Positions 40,947 to 56,149 of a stretch of 64,000 bases of DNA are shown here, in pieces. The DNA lies in assembly GCA_951406725.2 (NCBI GenBank), contig OX597815.1:196292001-196356000 (forward strand), in the 5' to 3' direction. The notes beneath the pieces are model-generated. The model did not search any database and was not told the origin of the DNA. It saw only the letters and a program-made list of their open reading frames with translations. Numbering within the stretch: the stretch's first letter is position 1; each line of letters opens with the position of its first letter. This stretch comes from Octopus vulgaris (lineage: Eukaryota). Both the position numbers and the translations under genes were made by a program.

Positions 40947-42533
40947 TATAGTTCTATATAAACACATATAGTTGCGGTAGAAACTGATTAGGAGAAAATG
41001 TTTCTGGTTTGTTTACAGATTTCTATTCGCTCCATTGAGTGCAACATGCAATAACATATATTAATAAAATCTGATACGCTCACAAAGTGTAATTAAGTTC
41101 AATTATTGTATGACGAGTTTAATGCATCGAAATAGAGAAGCAGAATATCAAGTTGGCTAATCAGCGTACATCACCTCTTAAGTAAGTTTGTCATTTTATC
41201 GCTTCTATTCAATTTAATTAGTGTAATTTGTTTAATTAAAAGAGCATTGGATCTCAGAAATTTATTGTGTATCGGAATGATAATAAAATCCTAGCCCTCA
41301 ACATATGCTGTTTCTGCTCCCATTGTTGTGATTAAATTGAACTCCAGATCATATAAAATATCACAATAATATCGGTTACATTTGATAACACCACAAATCG
41401 TCAGGTGTTTAAGGAGTTGCAGTAATACATGGATTAAAACTTCGATATACAAATTTGCGATTAGCTCTAAAAATTTGCAGTTCGAATGTAGCCCTTGAGT
41501 ATATAAGGGGCCAGTAGATCAGAATCATTGATCTATATTTAGCTGTAAGTAGTTTAATATTTTAAATTGTTAAGATATCATTATTTCCTGGCAAGAAATG
41601 TAGACTTAATTGAAATGCATTTTGCATTTTATCAACAATGAATTTCACGGTGAGTAGCGTTGAAAACCTAAGTTTGAATCCTGAAGCTGACAACAAAATA
41701 CCTAACATTAGATTTCTCCTCATTACTAGTCTTCCCTTTATGATGTTATGTATACTTTTAGATGTGTAATATTGATTTTAACTGTTAGCACTATATCACA
41801 CATTCGGTGGAAATATTATGTACTAGTAGACTTAGTATTTGACTGTCATATTCTGTTATCAACCTCGCTTTGAAAAACGAGATCACCTATTTAGAAAAAA
41901 AGACTAAACCCGCCCGAACTGTGCGACAAGTGACTTAAAGAAATTTTGAACCATTATTAATCTGATAATGGTCACAATCATTTGATGCGTCTCTGTAGAA
42001 CTTCAGTCAATGTGTAAATGTTTGCTGAAAGCAACAGAAGTGCTAGAATGAAGATTTGACCAAGTAGAATCAGGTTACATTTGTCTGTGTAGCATTTAAC
42101 TAAAAAATTTCCAAGTGTTTTTGCTTAGAGAATATTGTTCGATATAACACGTACAGTTATACTAGGACGCTATAAACGACATCATCAATAAAAGTACAGA
42201 TAAACGTCAGTTCTTCTGCACTTCGAATTTCAAATGAAACCAAATAAAAGAAAACAATATTACATACGATTTAGAAATCTAAAATAAACAACGGTAATTA
42301 TATGGAAAGAATAACGATTATATAGATGTAATTAAAAACAGGATATTATATGAAGAAGAGCAGGCTTTAGTTTATAAAAGCTGGAAATATAACGCTCAGT
42401 GAATGTGTTGTGAAAGTAATCCATGTAAAATACCGTCAGTTTCTCCCTATATTTTTACAGCTGTGGCCAATGAAAATAGATGTATCCTAAAACATTCTGT
42501 TCAGAAAATGACAAATGAAAGGATCATTCAATC

Positions 42534-42768
42534 TATTTCTTTACTACCTGCAATGGGGCTAAACGCAGAGGGGACAAACAAGGACAGACAAACGAATTAA
42601 GTCGATTAGATCGACCCCAGTACGTAACTGGTACTTAATTTATCGACCCCCGAAAGGATGAAAGGCAAAGTCGACCTCGGTGGAATTTGAACTCAGAACG
42701 TAACGGCAGACGAAATACGGCTACGCATTTCGCCCGGCGTGCTAACGTTTCTGCCAGCTCCCCGCCTT
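42534..42768 (-). mobile_element. SINE family C, full length
   Basis: 16-bp TSD AAAGGATCATTCAATC at 42518-42533 and 42769-42784. Confidence 0.95.
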
Positions 42769-43005
42769 AAAGGATCATTCAATCAGCACCAAATGCAACA
42801 CACATGGATGGAATAATAGACGACTGTTCATAGCAAAAACTGAGATTAAGTTTTACATTTGTGTCCACAATGTCTTCAAGTTTTGGAACAAAACTGATGA
42901 CCACATGTATCCTTTTGAATTATAAAAAGGAATTGGAACAAATCAAAACGCTTACAGACAACGGTGCTTTTAAAGGATCGTAACAATACTTAATAGATAA
43001 CCGAT

Positions 43006-43168
43006 AGGCGCAGGAGTGGCTGTGTGGTAAGTAGCTTGCTTACCAACCACACGGTTCCGGGTTCAGCCCACTGCGTGGCACCTTGGGCAGGTGTCTTCTA
43101 CTATAGCCTCGGGCTGACCAAAGCCTTGTGAGTGAATTCGGTAGACGGAAACCTGAAAGAAGTCTGTC

Positions 43169-43231
<63 letters not shown>

Positions 43232-43468
43232 TGTATATGTGTGCGCGTGTTTGTGTGTCTGTGTTTGTCCCCCCAACATCGCTTGACAACCGATGCTGGT
43301 ATGTTTATATCCCCGTTACTTAGCGGTTCGGCAAAAGAGACCGATAGAATAAGTACTAGGCTTACAAAGAATAAGTGCTAGGGTCGATTTGCTCGACTAA
43401 AAGGCGGTGCTCCGGCATGGCCGCAGTCAAATGACTGAAACAAGTAAAAGAGTAAAAGAGTAAAGAGT
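43006..43468 (+). mobile_element. SINE family B, full length with (GAGTAAAA)n tail
   Basis: Homology to the 38525 copy. Confidence 0.93.
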
Positions 43469-44235
43469 ATATCGTTCTCAGATTATAGACTATCAATTTG
43501 ACGAAAGAAAATAATATTGTATGATAGAGTGTGAAATAAATTATGCTTGAAAATACGAAATTATGTCTGTTAGGAAACATTTGATTCCCTTGAGCTGGGT
43601 TGATTGAAGCCAAAACAATACCACTAATAATTGGAAGCTATTTTATCGGCACTTTGGACAAAATCTATTTTCAGTATAATACGAATTGTTCATGCGAGAC
43701 GAAAATAATCGTCATAGTTGTATTCTTCAGTTGAACTTAAATCATTCTATATATAACAGTAATACGTTGAAGAAATATATAAATTCTTGGCTTTATAATT
43801 AGAATTTAAGAATCCTATTCACTAAAATGTAAGAATATTCTCAAAGAGCTCAACTGAAAAGGAAGTAATAGCACAGATCCCAAGTTATGAATTTTCCCGT
43901 CATACTTGGACACAGTTTTAGATGACCAGCGGTTCAACATATTAAACTTGCCTTTCTTATTCTATATCGATAATTTATACATCAAAAATAATATCTCTTG
44001 AATCTGTCAATCAATCACACGAGTTATTGCAAATGGTCGAGATCAATGACCGAAGAGTTCACATTTGTCAAAAATACCATTTTGTCTCTCAGCAAAGTTA
44101 TGTCGCACTCTCTCAATTGATGGACATACTCATGCACAGACACGCACGCACTCACACACAAACAGAAATTCATTCAAACATACTTACACATATATACTTA
44201 CATAGACGCACACATGCATACATATATATATACAT

Positions 44236-44288
<53 letters not shown>

Positions 44289-44382
44289 CATACATGCATA
44301 CATACGTAGAGACATACATACATATACATGTGCATGTATATATATATATATATATATATACACAAACACACACAAACACACA

Positions 44383-44441
<59 letters not shown>

Positions 44442-44766
44442 TGGCATAATAAAAGGAAATGCAATATTCAGTACGATATGCGCGCTCCGAATACATCTCA
44501 ATGAAATCCACTTCGGTATTTTTCCCTTCGAAATCGGTAAATAGTGTTCACCGCTATGTCTTATTAAAATAACACGAATTAGGTACGTACAGACTTGTAT
44601 CGCATTAAACGGATTTATATGCGTAAGCAACTCTTCGTGTGCAATCTGAAAATATGTTCTGTAGATGCTGTACCACCGCAGAACAAAATAGCCATGTGCT
44701 CATAAGGCTGTTATCAAAATCAAACGACGTTCAATCACTCATTTGGAACAGCAGTAATATCCAGAA

Positions 44767-45124
44767 TCTCTCTCTATATAAACGGCAGTTTGTCTGTGTG
44801 TGTTTCTGTGTGTCTGTTAGGTTGTACCCTCACCCTGACCACGGCTTTCAACCGATTCTGATGAAACTTGACACACACATAGCCCAATGTCATAATTCAA
44901 TACTAACGCAGCGAAAATTTTGAAAAGTTCCCCCAGTTCTGAAAAAAATCGATAAATTCGACATGGGGTCGAGAATCAGAAACACAAACCGCAAACTGTC
45001 TAGGGGACGCAACTCGACCTTTTTTTACTCTCAAAAAAAATTTACCATCATTTTTTTTCCATTTTTTAGCTATTTTATAGTTATTTCTCTTACAAACCTG
45101 AGCAACGCCGGGCGATACTGCTAG
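44767..45124 (+). mobile_element. Non-autonomous Helitron
   Basis: 5' TCTCTCTCTATATAAA, 3' CCTGAGCAACGCCGGGCGATACTGCTAG; A|T insertion site. Confidence 0.88.
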
Positions 45125-46785
45125 TCTTGTATATAAGTTTGTAAGTAGACATATACAAAATTTGAAAACATTATAGATTAAAATTCGTGTATATTTTATT
45201 TTCTTCAATTTTGCAATGAAATATATTTTACATCTCATTTCATAATACAATATACCTTGCATTTTATATATACAACACAAGGATTATTAGATTCTACATA
45301 AGGCAGCATATCGTGCATATTTTCTTGTTCCAGAAAACAATATAATGAAATTTCTGGCTGATAAGTGTATAGGTCTCGGGTAGAGCAAATGGAAATTCGA
45401 CCAGAACACTAACTGCGACGCAACGTTATGATGTACAAAAACACATATAGAATTAGTTTGTTATGAATATTCATGTTTTACATTTGACCGTGGTCAGAAT
45501 TCCCAGGTACTAACATTTAAATGAAAAATAAAACCGAAGCATTTACCAAATTTATTTTTATATCAACAGTATCAATTAAATATTTCTTATACCTTTGGAT
45601 AACTATTGGAAATAAAGATCGGAAATGTAGACATCTCATATTTAATATTTCGTAGATTTCTAGAAGAAAACTGTCATTTTCTACTTTACATTTATGTAAA
45701 ACTATGAACTATCGTTAAATACTAGTTTAATGTAGCTTATCGCAAACAAAGAACAAAGGAATAGCATTCATTTAAACACCTCGATATAGCATGAAAATTT
45801 CACAAATCAAATCTACAGGTTCACTTAGCGATTTCACTTAGAGGAAATATGTTAACATGTTATAATAAAAATAAAAATAACAAGATTACTTTGCTATATT
45901 TGAAGATGTTTAAGGTGAAGACATTGTACTTGTATTGATTATTAATCCACATTTGTCCATTTGAAATTCAACCTATTTGTATAAATATCATACTGAATGT
46001 TTTCATTCATTGGAAACAATAGCTAGCATTAGAACACTAGAGTAGTACTCGAACACAAAAGACGGATTGTAGTCTTTGAAAGAAAATCATGGCCTACGGA
46101 ATCTTCCCATCTGCTTACAATTCTCACAACTGTCTGCCAAATACAATATGCATATTGTGATAGAATGAGTGAGGAAGAAAAGGTAGATTATCTGCCATAC
46201 ATAAATGACATTTAAGAAGTAAAGGATAAATCTACAAAAACAACTGGAGACATTGCTGTCGGTACTAAGTTGAACTTAGAGAGACAGGCACTGGAATGAA
46301 AGTAGATACATGTAACTGTCGTTGTCCTTATTAGGATAAGGATAATATTAAAGTATTTTATACTTGTAAAGTCTCTTTTTGTGTGCATGCGAGAATAAGT
46401 AAACAAGAATAAGAATGGGGAAGATTTAACCTAGAAGAACGCTACGTGAGTTTCAGCGTAAAACGTATGATATATTTATCTTCATTATGTAACGTGTTTT
46501 CAATTCAAACTTCAATGGAAGAACAGATTTCATTCTGCACAACAAAAATTTAACATCAAAAGACTTTTTTCTGTACGAGTCGTGCCTAATCTTCTAAACA
46601 TGTGAATTTTCCATATGCCTAATGCTTTCTCTTTTCAGAAAATACATGCGTAATATAACATTAATTTTTAACATAAGTACAAGGTAACTCGTTTATAGGA
46701 GTTACATGCTTGAGGACTAGTGAAAATATTTTGATCCAAGAAGGAAAATGCGTGTTGGGATTTCTTATCATAAATATAGAATACA

Positions 46786-47015
46786 AGGCGGCGAGCTGGC
46801 AGAATCGTTAGCACGCCGGGCGAAATGCTTAGCGGTTACGTTCTGCCGTTACGTTCTGAGTTCAAATTCTGCCGAGGTCGACTTTGCCTTTCATCCTTTC
46901 GGGGTCGATAAATTATGTACCAGTTACGCACTGGGGTCGACGTAATCGACTTAATCTCTTTGTCTGTCCTTGTTTGTCTCTTCTGTGTGTAGCGCCTTGT
47001 GGACAGTAAAGAAAT
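46786..47015 (+). mobile_element. SINE family C, full length
   Basis: 16-bp TSD ATAAATATAGAATACA at 46770-46785 and 47016-47031. Confidence 0.95.
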
Positions 47016-49118
47016 ATAAATATAGAATACATCAGAATACATTCCAACCACATCTCTTAATTAATCTCCTAGTTGTAAGTAATAAAAAATAATCAAGTAT
47101 TCTTTAAATGTTTTAAATGTAATCGCAATGTTTGCGGTCATATCTCGTCACGTTCAATTGAACCTTGTTTTAAGAGAATTTTAGTCTTCGAATTGAAAAC
47201 TGTTTCCGTACTGAGTAACAAGGAATGACAATCAACAGAAAAATGCATAAAAAACTTGGTTCCAACCCAAACTAAGTTATTGTTATTGAGAATAATACGC
47301 ATGGAATGGTCAAAATCCTATTTGCCGTTCACCGACATCGCCCATGTTGTTAAATAACTCTAGTGAAAATTAATTTATGATCATAATTATCTTGATACGA
47401 AATGCAACGTAGAACTACATACAATAAATTTGCAACTTACGCAGAGACATTTGGCATGAAATAAACCAATCTGTAATGTTTGGTGTCCATTCTTTTAATG
47501 CAACATTATCATATGAAAAAAAAAACCCCAAAAAAACTACAAGAATTTTAGCTCTTTATCCAAGTATAAAACAGAAATAAATGCGAAGATAAGTTTAGTT
47601 ATTTTGACAACATTTTCTACTGATAAGAGATAAAGATGAATGCGAGAAGAAAATAAATATCTGGATAAATATCTATACTTCTGAATGGGATATGCTTTCA
47701 ATTTCAAGATTTAGATTTCATTACTACAGTGCTGGGAGGAAAAGCCTCAACAAATTTTGATATTGAGCCAATTGACAACTTGCCGCTATTCGTTGCATAA
47801 ATGAAATATATAAAAATTTGCATCATCATCGTCACACGTTATTGAAGTGAATCTCGCTGGCTTCCATCGTTCAGTTCTAGTACTTCCTATCATTTATTCT
47901 GCCAATATTAATGTGATAATGCCTATCGTATATTTCTATTTACATCAACGTATTATCATGTGCGCGTATGGACCTAATCTAAATATAAAATATAAATTTA
48001 TCCATTAACAAACTTCTGTCATATTTCTTTCCAAACTTTAATTGCGCGTAAAAAGAAACCATTACAAAGATAATGGTAATTACCGTTTTATTGTCTGTTC
48101 AGACGTATTTGTTTTCTTTGACATTATATTTCATAAATGATTTCTTTTTTTATGCTTTTACATTTATGTGATAAAGTTTCAGCGGTTTTCTCTAATCATT
48201 GTTATGTCAAAATAATGCGTATTCTATTTAGGGTTCATGATTAATGCTTATTCTGTTTACAGAACAAAAGCGTGGCGTAGATGTGCGGCATAGGAGTATG
48301 CTTAGGACGTTAGCTTTAATGTCAGCTTTAATTTCAGTGCAGCCGAGTGTATTGTACTGAGGTTTAAGAATTAAATTCGGTATTCACGAATTGCGATGAT
48401 TCCCTTTTGTCATGAGATAATCCGCATATACGTTTAATGAGATAATCCTCATATACGGACTTGTTGGTGTCTTTAACGGAATGTACTCCAGAGCAAGCAT
48501 TCAGCACACACGGTTCCACAATAATGACAACATAATACAAGCTACACAGAAACTGTTTTAAAAATATCTGTTCCACAGCCACCTCCTATTAAACCACGCA
48601 CATGCGCACACATGCATTAATGCACGCATATATGCATACGTGCGAATGTGCTCGTGCATTTATGTCTTTGCTTGCAAGAATACACAACCTTAGAAACGTA
48701 TTGATGTCATTCAGAAGCGACTAGAATAGATTGTCAACGAAACTGCTGTTTTCTGAAAGTGGTGTTCTTTTAAAATTCAAACAGTGAGTGACATAATCTC
48801 CCGCTGGTTAAAGTACCAATTACTAATTAAAACATAGATAAATATGTGCAAGCATACGTACATCCAGTTTCCGCAATTTTCATTCTTTGCTTTAGTGGTA
48901 ACACTTAGAGGTGTGACCGACATTTTCTGTCCATTTCCGTAAATCTACCATCCTATTTAGATACGTCTAATTTTAAAAAATCTATTTCTTTTTTGTAAGT
49001 ATGAAGAATGCGCTTGAGAAATCACAATTTCTCTCTACTTACAGCACATAAATTTCAAATATATATATATTTCGATACGTTAGGACTTTCACCAAGAAAT
49101 ACATTAGCACACGCACAT

Positions 49119-49159
<41 letters not shown>

Positions 49160-49313
49160 CTCTCTCTCTCTCTCACACACACATATATATATATACATGC
49201 ATATTTACGTGTGTTTGTGTGTATCGTTATGTTGGTGTGTTCGCGTTTCTGCTTAAATGTAAAACTGTATTGTCTTTTGAAATTCGCAGTAAAACATTCC
49301 CATAAACAGGTGG

Positions 49314-49463
49314 AAGAGATATCAAACTCATATAAATATGTGGGCAAAATGATCAATCGAAGAATATCATAAAAATACAATCTGACACAAGAGATATCAA
49401 ACTGATATAAATATGGGGACAAAATGGTCAATCGAAGAATATTATAAATATACAGTCTGACAC
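49314..49463 (+). repeat. Two-copy 75-bp tandem duplication
   Basis: AAGAGATATCAAACT...CTGACAC at 49314 and 49389. Confidence 0.9.
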
Positions 49464-50279
49464 CCAAACAAATAAGCAATGGCACAAACATCCCTACATA
49501 CATACGTGCATATTTTATAAATACGTACGCTTACATACATATGTATGTGTGCGCGTGTGTGTGCGCATGCATGTGTGCGTGTGTTGATGTATGCATCAAC
49601 ACCCAGCAATACACAAAGGAAGCAGGGATTGATTTTTAATCATTTTACTAAACGGCCATAAATCATTATGTTTATCTGAATGTCAAGTTTGAGTTACAGG
49701 GAATCTTAAATATAAATTGGATTCAGTGAATTGAGCAAGAAGCTCTCTGTTATATATTCTTATGGGGTTGCCGTAGTAGGAAATGGCGTGACGCAAAACA
49801 TCGCAAAGGAAAAAACAAACTTGCTTTACTCACTCACGTAACCAAATTCATGTTATTTCTCATTATTCAAAGATTCATTATTTGAATATATACAGTAATT
49901 AACTTTTACCATAACACATATCACTTACCAAAGTTGTTGATATCTTATTGAGCAAGAATTCTTTTGCGTGATTCCTCTTACAGGTTCCGTACGTTACTGT
50001 AATTTTCTATTGTAGCCCTAAATCCCAAACACACTTTCCGTTGTTCCCTGTCTATTTTTCTCTTCCTCTCGTGTGTTATCATGTATCTGTGCCTGTGTGT
50101 GTGTATATATATATATTTATCAAGTATGTGAACTTTATTTTATATAATAAATTATAAAACTTGGTGTAATCAAATATTTATTTGTTAATTAACCGCTTTG
50201 CGATGACACATACTGCTACATGAATTGCACAAACGTATTTAGTGTTGCCCTAAGTTGTATACACTGTAAGATGTTACAA

Positions 50280-50941
50280 GGATCTTTTCTGTTTGGCAAC
50301 ACCTGAGGAAAATTTAAAGTTTTGTGAGAATTTTAAATCTGACGTATTGATGTAATTTTCTACGCTCCAGAACAATGTTTTTGAAACTTACAGATGAGTG
50401 AATTTTGACCATTTTTACCAGTCAGAAAACAGGACTCGAAACCTAGCATTTTGTGCGTGATTGCCCGTATTGTCAACTGTATATACATGAAATATTGGAA
50501 GAATTCAGCGTTACGCACGCCATACAACCCCCACATAAATTGTGGCGAATTTGTATTTTACACCAGTATACAAAAAAAAAATAGCGCGTAATTTAAGGCC
50601 TATTTAGCTATCATTTTTAGCACATCACACGACCACCTCACACCTCATTTATTTTAAGCATTTAATAAGCGAAAAATAACCATGTAGGTAAACAGCTTGG
50701 TAATAGCTTAGCTTGTTACTGTGGAAACAAAGCACCTTTATGTCTGGCTTTCCATTAGCTAAAATTCCACAAAATGTACAAACTTTAAAAACTACAAAGA
50801 CTTTATTCATTGAGTTATGGCGAAAATGAGCTGCATGCCAATGATTAACATACCAAACTACACCAATACACCAAATATGAAATCAATTGGAACAAAAATG
50901 GAAGAAATTGAAAAGTGGCGGCAAAACAGAAATGATCTCCC
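50280..50941. mobile_element. MITE-like element with GGATCTTTTCTGTTTG terminus
   Basis: Right end GGCAAAACAGAAATGATCTCCC; flanking TACAA repeats at 50275-50279 and 50942-50946; terminus shared with the 27268/27547 element. Confidence 0.6.
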
Positions 50942-51317
50942 TACAACCTACAGAATGCTTTTGGACAGAAAATATGTCCTCGTTGTACTTTTATCCGTTA
51001 CTTAGTAGAAACGCGGATGACATTTTCAAGCCTTGTGATACCCGGACCGGGTACCTGATCCAAATTATTGCAAGAGAAGCTTATCCGAAAAACACAAGAA
51101 CGGATCCAGTGGCAGCATTAGACCGCAAGACGAATTACGTCTACCACCCGAATAGATTTCGAAGAAATTTCAATGCAAATAACAAAGACAAATACAGCAA
51201 TGTATTCTAAATGATTATCTACATCACAACCCATACAGTTTTTTACTTTATTCATCGACCTGAGAAAGGCGAAAATTAGACGGAGAGTTGAGAGATATCA
51301 AGCGTATAATGGAATCA

Positions 51318-51706
51318 GTGGAGGCGCAATGGCCCAGTGGTTAGGGCAGCGGACTCGCGGTCATAGGATCGCGGATTCGATTCCCAGACCGGGCGTTGTG
51401 AGTGTTTATTGAGCGAAAACACCTAAAGCTCCACGAGGCTCCGGCAGGGGATGGTGGTGATCCCTGCTGTACTCTTTCACCACAACTTTCTCTCACTCTT
51501 ACTTCCTGTTTCAGTTGTACCTGTATTTCAAAGGGCCGGCCGGCCTTGTCACTCTCTGTGTCACGCTGAATATCCCCGAGAACTACGTTAAGGGTACACG
51601 TGTCTGTGGAGTGCTCAGCCACTTACACGTTAATTTCACGAGCAGGCTGTTCCGTTGATTCGGATCAACCGGAACCCTCGTCGTCGTAACCGACGGAGTG
51701 CTTCCC
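51318..51706 (+). mobile_element. SINE family A (tail type 1), full length
   Basis: 12-bp TSD ATAATGGAATCA at 51306-51317 and 51707-51718; A and B boxes visible. Confidence 0.95.
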
Positions 51707-52046
51707 ATAATGGAATCAACCTCAATGAAAATGCGGAGCAAAACGTTCCCCTTCAGTTGGAAGTCTTAAGAAAAGCTTCGTTTGATCAATGCCACTTCTT
51801 CCATCAAAGAAGCCCCAAAAGCCGGTGTTTGTAGATTGTGACAACTTGGGTGCATTGTATTATGTTCCCACATCAGAGTGTTCTGAAGATAAACTATTTA
51901 ATGAGTCATTTATTCAATTAGTATTTGCTGTTATTTTAATTACTTGAAACCCTAAATCAATTTGCTCGCGCATACAGACTGGCACACAGCGTTATATGAG
52001 AGAGGGAGAGAAAAACAGAAATACTGAAATTGACAAAGGAGTGAGC

Positions 52047-52077
<31 letters not shown>

Positions 52078-52879
52078 GAGGGATGGAGAGAAGGTGAGAG
52101 AGAGAGAGAGAGAGAGTAATGCAAGGAAAACGTTTGATACATTTAAGATTATTACGGATAATTGAATATCTATTTATTAGCACCTGCGTTTATGCAGAAT
52201 AATGATACCGCGAAAGCGACAAATATTAATAGCGATTTCTGTTGCAGACATGAAGAGAACCATTGTAGGAACGGATTGAGATCGATGATATCGACCACCT
52301 TACTTGACTGATACTTATTCCGTCGATCCCAGAAAGGGCATAGTACATTCAGCTGGACTTGAACTCAAAATGTAAAGTAGCTTCGATAAATAATCTGTTG
52401 TATTTTATCGGTGGATCTAAAGATATTGCCAATTCTCATAAAACTACAGCAGTGAATACGTACTTAATAATAATAATATGTATTGATTATGAAGATAATT
52501 TTGGCAAAAGCTTGGTCATTCTGGATCAAGTAGTCATATGAATCGGTGGTTATCGATCGAAAGAATTAATGTTCCAGTTGTGCCAAACCACCATGTGCTT
52601 TTTCCCCGGCTATCGTATGCAAATTTATATACGAATATATCAATCGACTTTGCTTTCAACTTAGTGTTTCCATGGCATTATTGTTATTTCTATCAAGGCG
52701 AGTTACAACGTTTGGTATTGTGTAAAAGGCTGTTGCTTTGCCTTATATTGTCGATCACCTACGATCATAGGATAAATCTTTATTCAAACGTTATCTATCC
52801 ATGTTTAGATTATCCAACGCATCCTCTATATGAGTTTAACACCCGATTGTTGATTGTTTCCTTCGTCAAATCAAGTTCT

Positions 52880-53490
<611 letters not shown>

Positions 53491-53673
53491 CTACCTACCT
53501 ACCTACCTGTCTGCCTGTCTGCTTGTCTTTCTGTATGTATGTCTTTTGTCTGTCTCACTGTCTCACTCTCTCCTTCTCCTCCTGTCTCTCGTTCTATCTC
53601 TCTCTCTCTCTCTGTATATATATATATACATATAGAGATTGATAGTTAGATCTCTATATGTATATATAGTTAG

Positions 53674-53717
<44 letters not shown>

Positions 53718-53984
53718 ATAACATTTTTTTTTTATTCCACTTAGGCATAGTGATAATAAAACAGTTGTTACGACATGATATGATTATTATATATTACGGT
53801 AAAACATAAGGTCACTGCAGATTGTAATATCAATAACTGATTGAGAAAAGTACGTCAGTGTCAGTAATTAAGAACAACACACATATTCAAACTGCACACG
53901 AAGCACGCATATGTATAATATATATGAGAGAGAGAGTGAGAGGGAGTGAGAGAGAGAGAGTGCGTGCGTGTGTTAAAAGTGGTA

Positions 53985-54250
53985 TACAGATATTGTATAT
54001 TGAGAAAAAAGGTCACCAGGACTATGGAATTTTTTTTATATATTCATTATCGTAGCGCTGTCTTTCATTTTCGAACGTAGCAAATAAAATTGTGAATGTG
54101 CAAACAGGTTGTTCATTTATATAAATCAGGTGTATATTTTCTGTTTTGTTGAGAAGAGGACATTTTGTTTTTTTTATTTTTGGAGTGATGTTCCAGGACA
54201 ATGGAGTTGGATAGGCAGGCAGGTAGTTAGGTAGGTAGAAAGATAGATAA

Positions 54251-54334
<84 letters not shown>

Positions 54335-54353
54335 TTAGATAGATAGGCTAGAG

Positions 54354-54391
<38 letters not shown>

Positions 54392-54416
54392 TCTTTTGAT
54401 AGATAGATATAGATAG

Positions 54417-54449
<33 letters not shown>

Positions 54450-54801
54450 TCAAAAGATAGTAGATAGATAGATAGATAGATAGATAAAAGATTAGATAGA
54501 TAGATAGTAGATAGATAGATAGATAGATAGATCAATAGGGATAGATCACAGAGTCAATAGAAGTAGATAGATAGATAGGTGAGGTAGATAGATAGATAAG
54601 ACCAGATAGATAGATAGAACTCTCTGTTTTCGATTTCTGGGTTCATAGGACTATGCTCAAGGTGGCTTCGTCATTCATGCGTGCCATTCTTGCTACATTC
54701 ACCCATCTTTTTTTAAAACATTCGCTAGACAAAACTTGCCTCTCTACTCTCACTTTCCTTTTTCTTTTTGATCCACGACTGCAGTTCGGTTGTCTGCGCA
54801 T

Positions 54802-54836
<35 letters not shown>

Positions 54837-54881
54837 TAGATAGATAGATAGATAGATATAGATAGATAGATAGATAGTTAG

Positions 54882-54912
<31 letters not shown>

Positions 54913-54923
54913 GATAGATAGAT

Positions 54924-54960
<37 letters not shown>

Positions 54961-55215
54961 CAGATAGATAGATAGATAGACAGACTGATTGATAGGTAGA
55001 GAGAAGGGGAAGAAAGGAATTATTTTCAATTTGGCATGTATTTGGATATTTAGCTATTTACCATTGTATAGCTATTGATATGAGTTCAAGGATGGTGACC
55101 TCTCCAAAGATGTCAGTTTTAGGATGGGGAGAATAAGGGAAAAAGGATGTCGTGCGGTCATCACTGAAAGCATTTTTGTTTTTCGTTTTCTTTTTCTTAA
55201 GGTGTCAGTAGCAAA
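53985..55215 (-). repeat. Left arm of large diverged inverted repeat (contains expanded (GATA)n and a LINE fragment)
   Basis: 54000-54210 and 54990-55210 are reverse complements of 57366-57560 and 57070-57290. Confidence 0.85.
54520..54800 (-). pseudogene. Tx1/L1-like ORF2 C-terminal fragment inside (GATA)n
   Basis: Reads KRKRKVRVERQVLSSECFKKRWVNVARMARMNDEATLSIVL*; DNA homology to 23845-23910. Confidence 0.6.
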
Positions 55216-55270
55216 ATAAATGGTTCTATGAAAAATTAAGTGCATCTATATACGTATAGACATATATCAG

Positions 55271-55303
<33 letters not shown>

Positions 55304-55721
55304 ATGTGTGTGTGTGTGTGTGCATGTGTGCGAGAAATGTGTGCGGGCGTTTGCGTGTCTGTGAGTGAGTGTGTTTAGAAAGATGTCTATGTCTACACTG
55401 TGTAATTTCCATGTTTTACATCGTAAAATAAATTCAGGTTTCTTTTAATTTCAAGTTCTTTGCATGAACAAACATTACTACAATATTTACAATTTCGAAA
55501 AATAAAACACAATGTTATAGCGATGAGTATCATGTTATAAATATTGGAGCAGAAACAACAGTAATAGTGTATTAAGAAGCCCCGTGAGAGCTTTCCCATC
55601 TGTTCGAACTTTTGTATTGAAAAATAATGCCAGGTTTCTTTCAATTTCATGTTTTGCATGACCAAACAATATTTAGAAATTAGAAAAATGCGTAAAGTTA
55701 GAATATACCAATGGTATATAT

Positions 55722-55943
55722 ACATAATTATAACTAGGGTTCAGCTAATTGCTTCACCACATACCGAATTTAGAAATAGGAGTTAAAAATTCCTTTTCTA
55801 CTACTGTAACAATCTCCATGGCAGTAACATTCTTTTTTAAGAAGGCAAAGGGATTCTTATAGTAGCAGAAAAGGAATTTTAACTCCTATTTCTAAATTCG
55901 CTATGTGGTGAAGCAAGTAACTGGACCCTAATTATAATTATGT
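55722..55943. repeat. ~220-bp palindrome (arms ~93 bp)
   Basis: ACATAATTATAACTAGGGT...AATTCCTTTTCTACTACT and its reverse complement, with few mismatches. Confidence 0.92.
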
Positions 55944-56149
55944 GGATAATTTTACCTATAACGGTTATTTTAACGTACCAGTCTACTTGGTAAAATTGTT
56001 AATTAATTGATTGATTAATTAATTAATTTAATTGATAAATTTTACATTTGTATTATTAATTTAAAGTTATATATATATACCTGAATATTCATAGAGTTGA
56101 GTATCATGTTTCCATTTATAATCAAAAAAGCAAATTCTCCACTTTTCTT

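Noticed and set aside
50887-51210. 107-aa ORF with ordinary composition
   Set aside because: Begins inside a MITE end; no recognisable motif or splice support.
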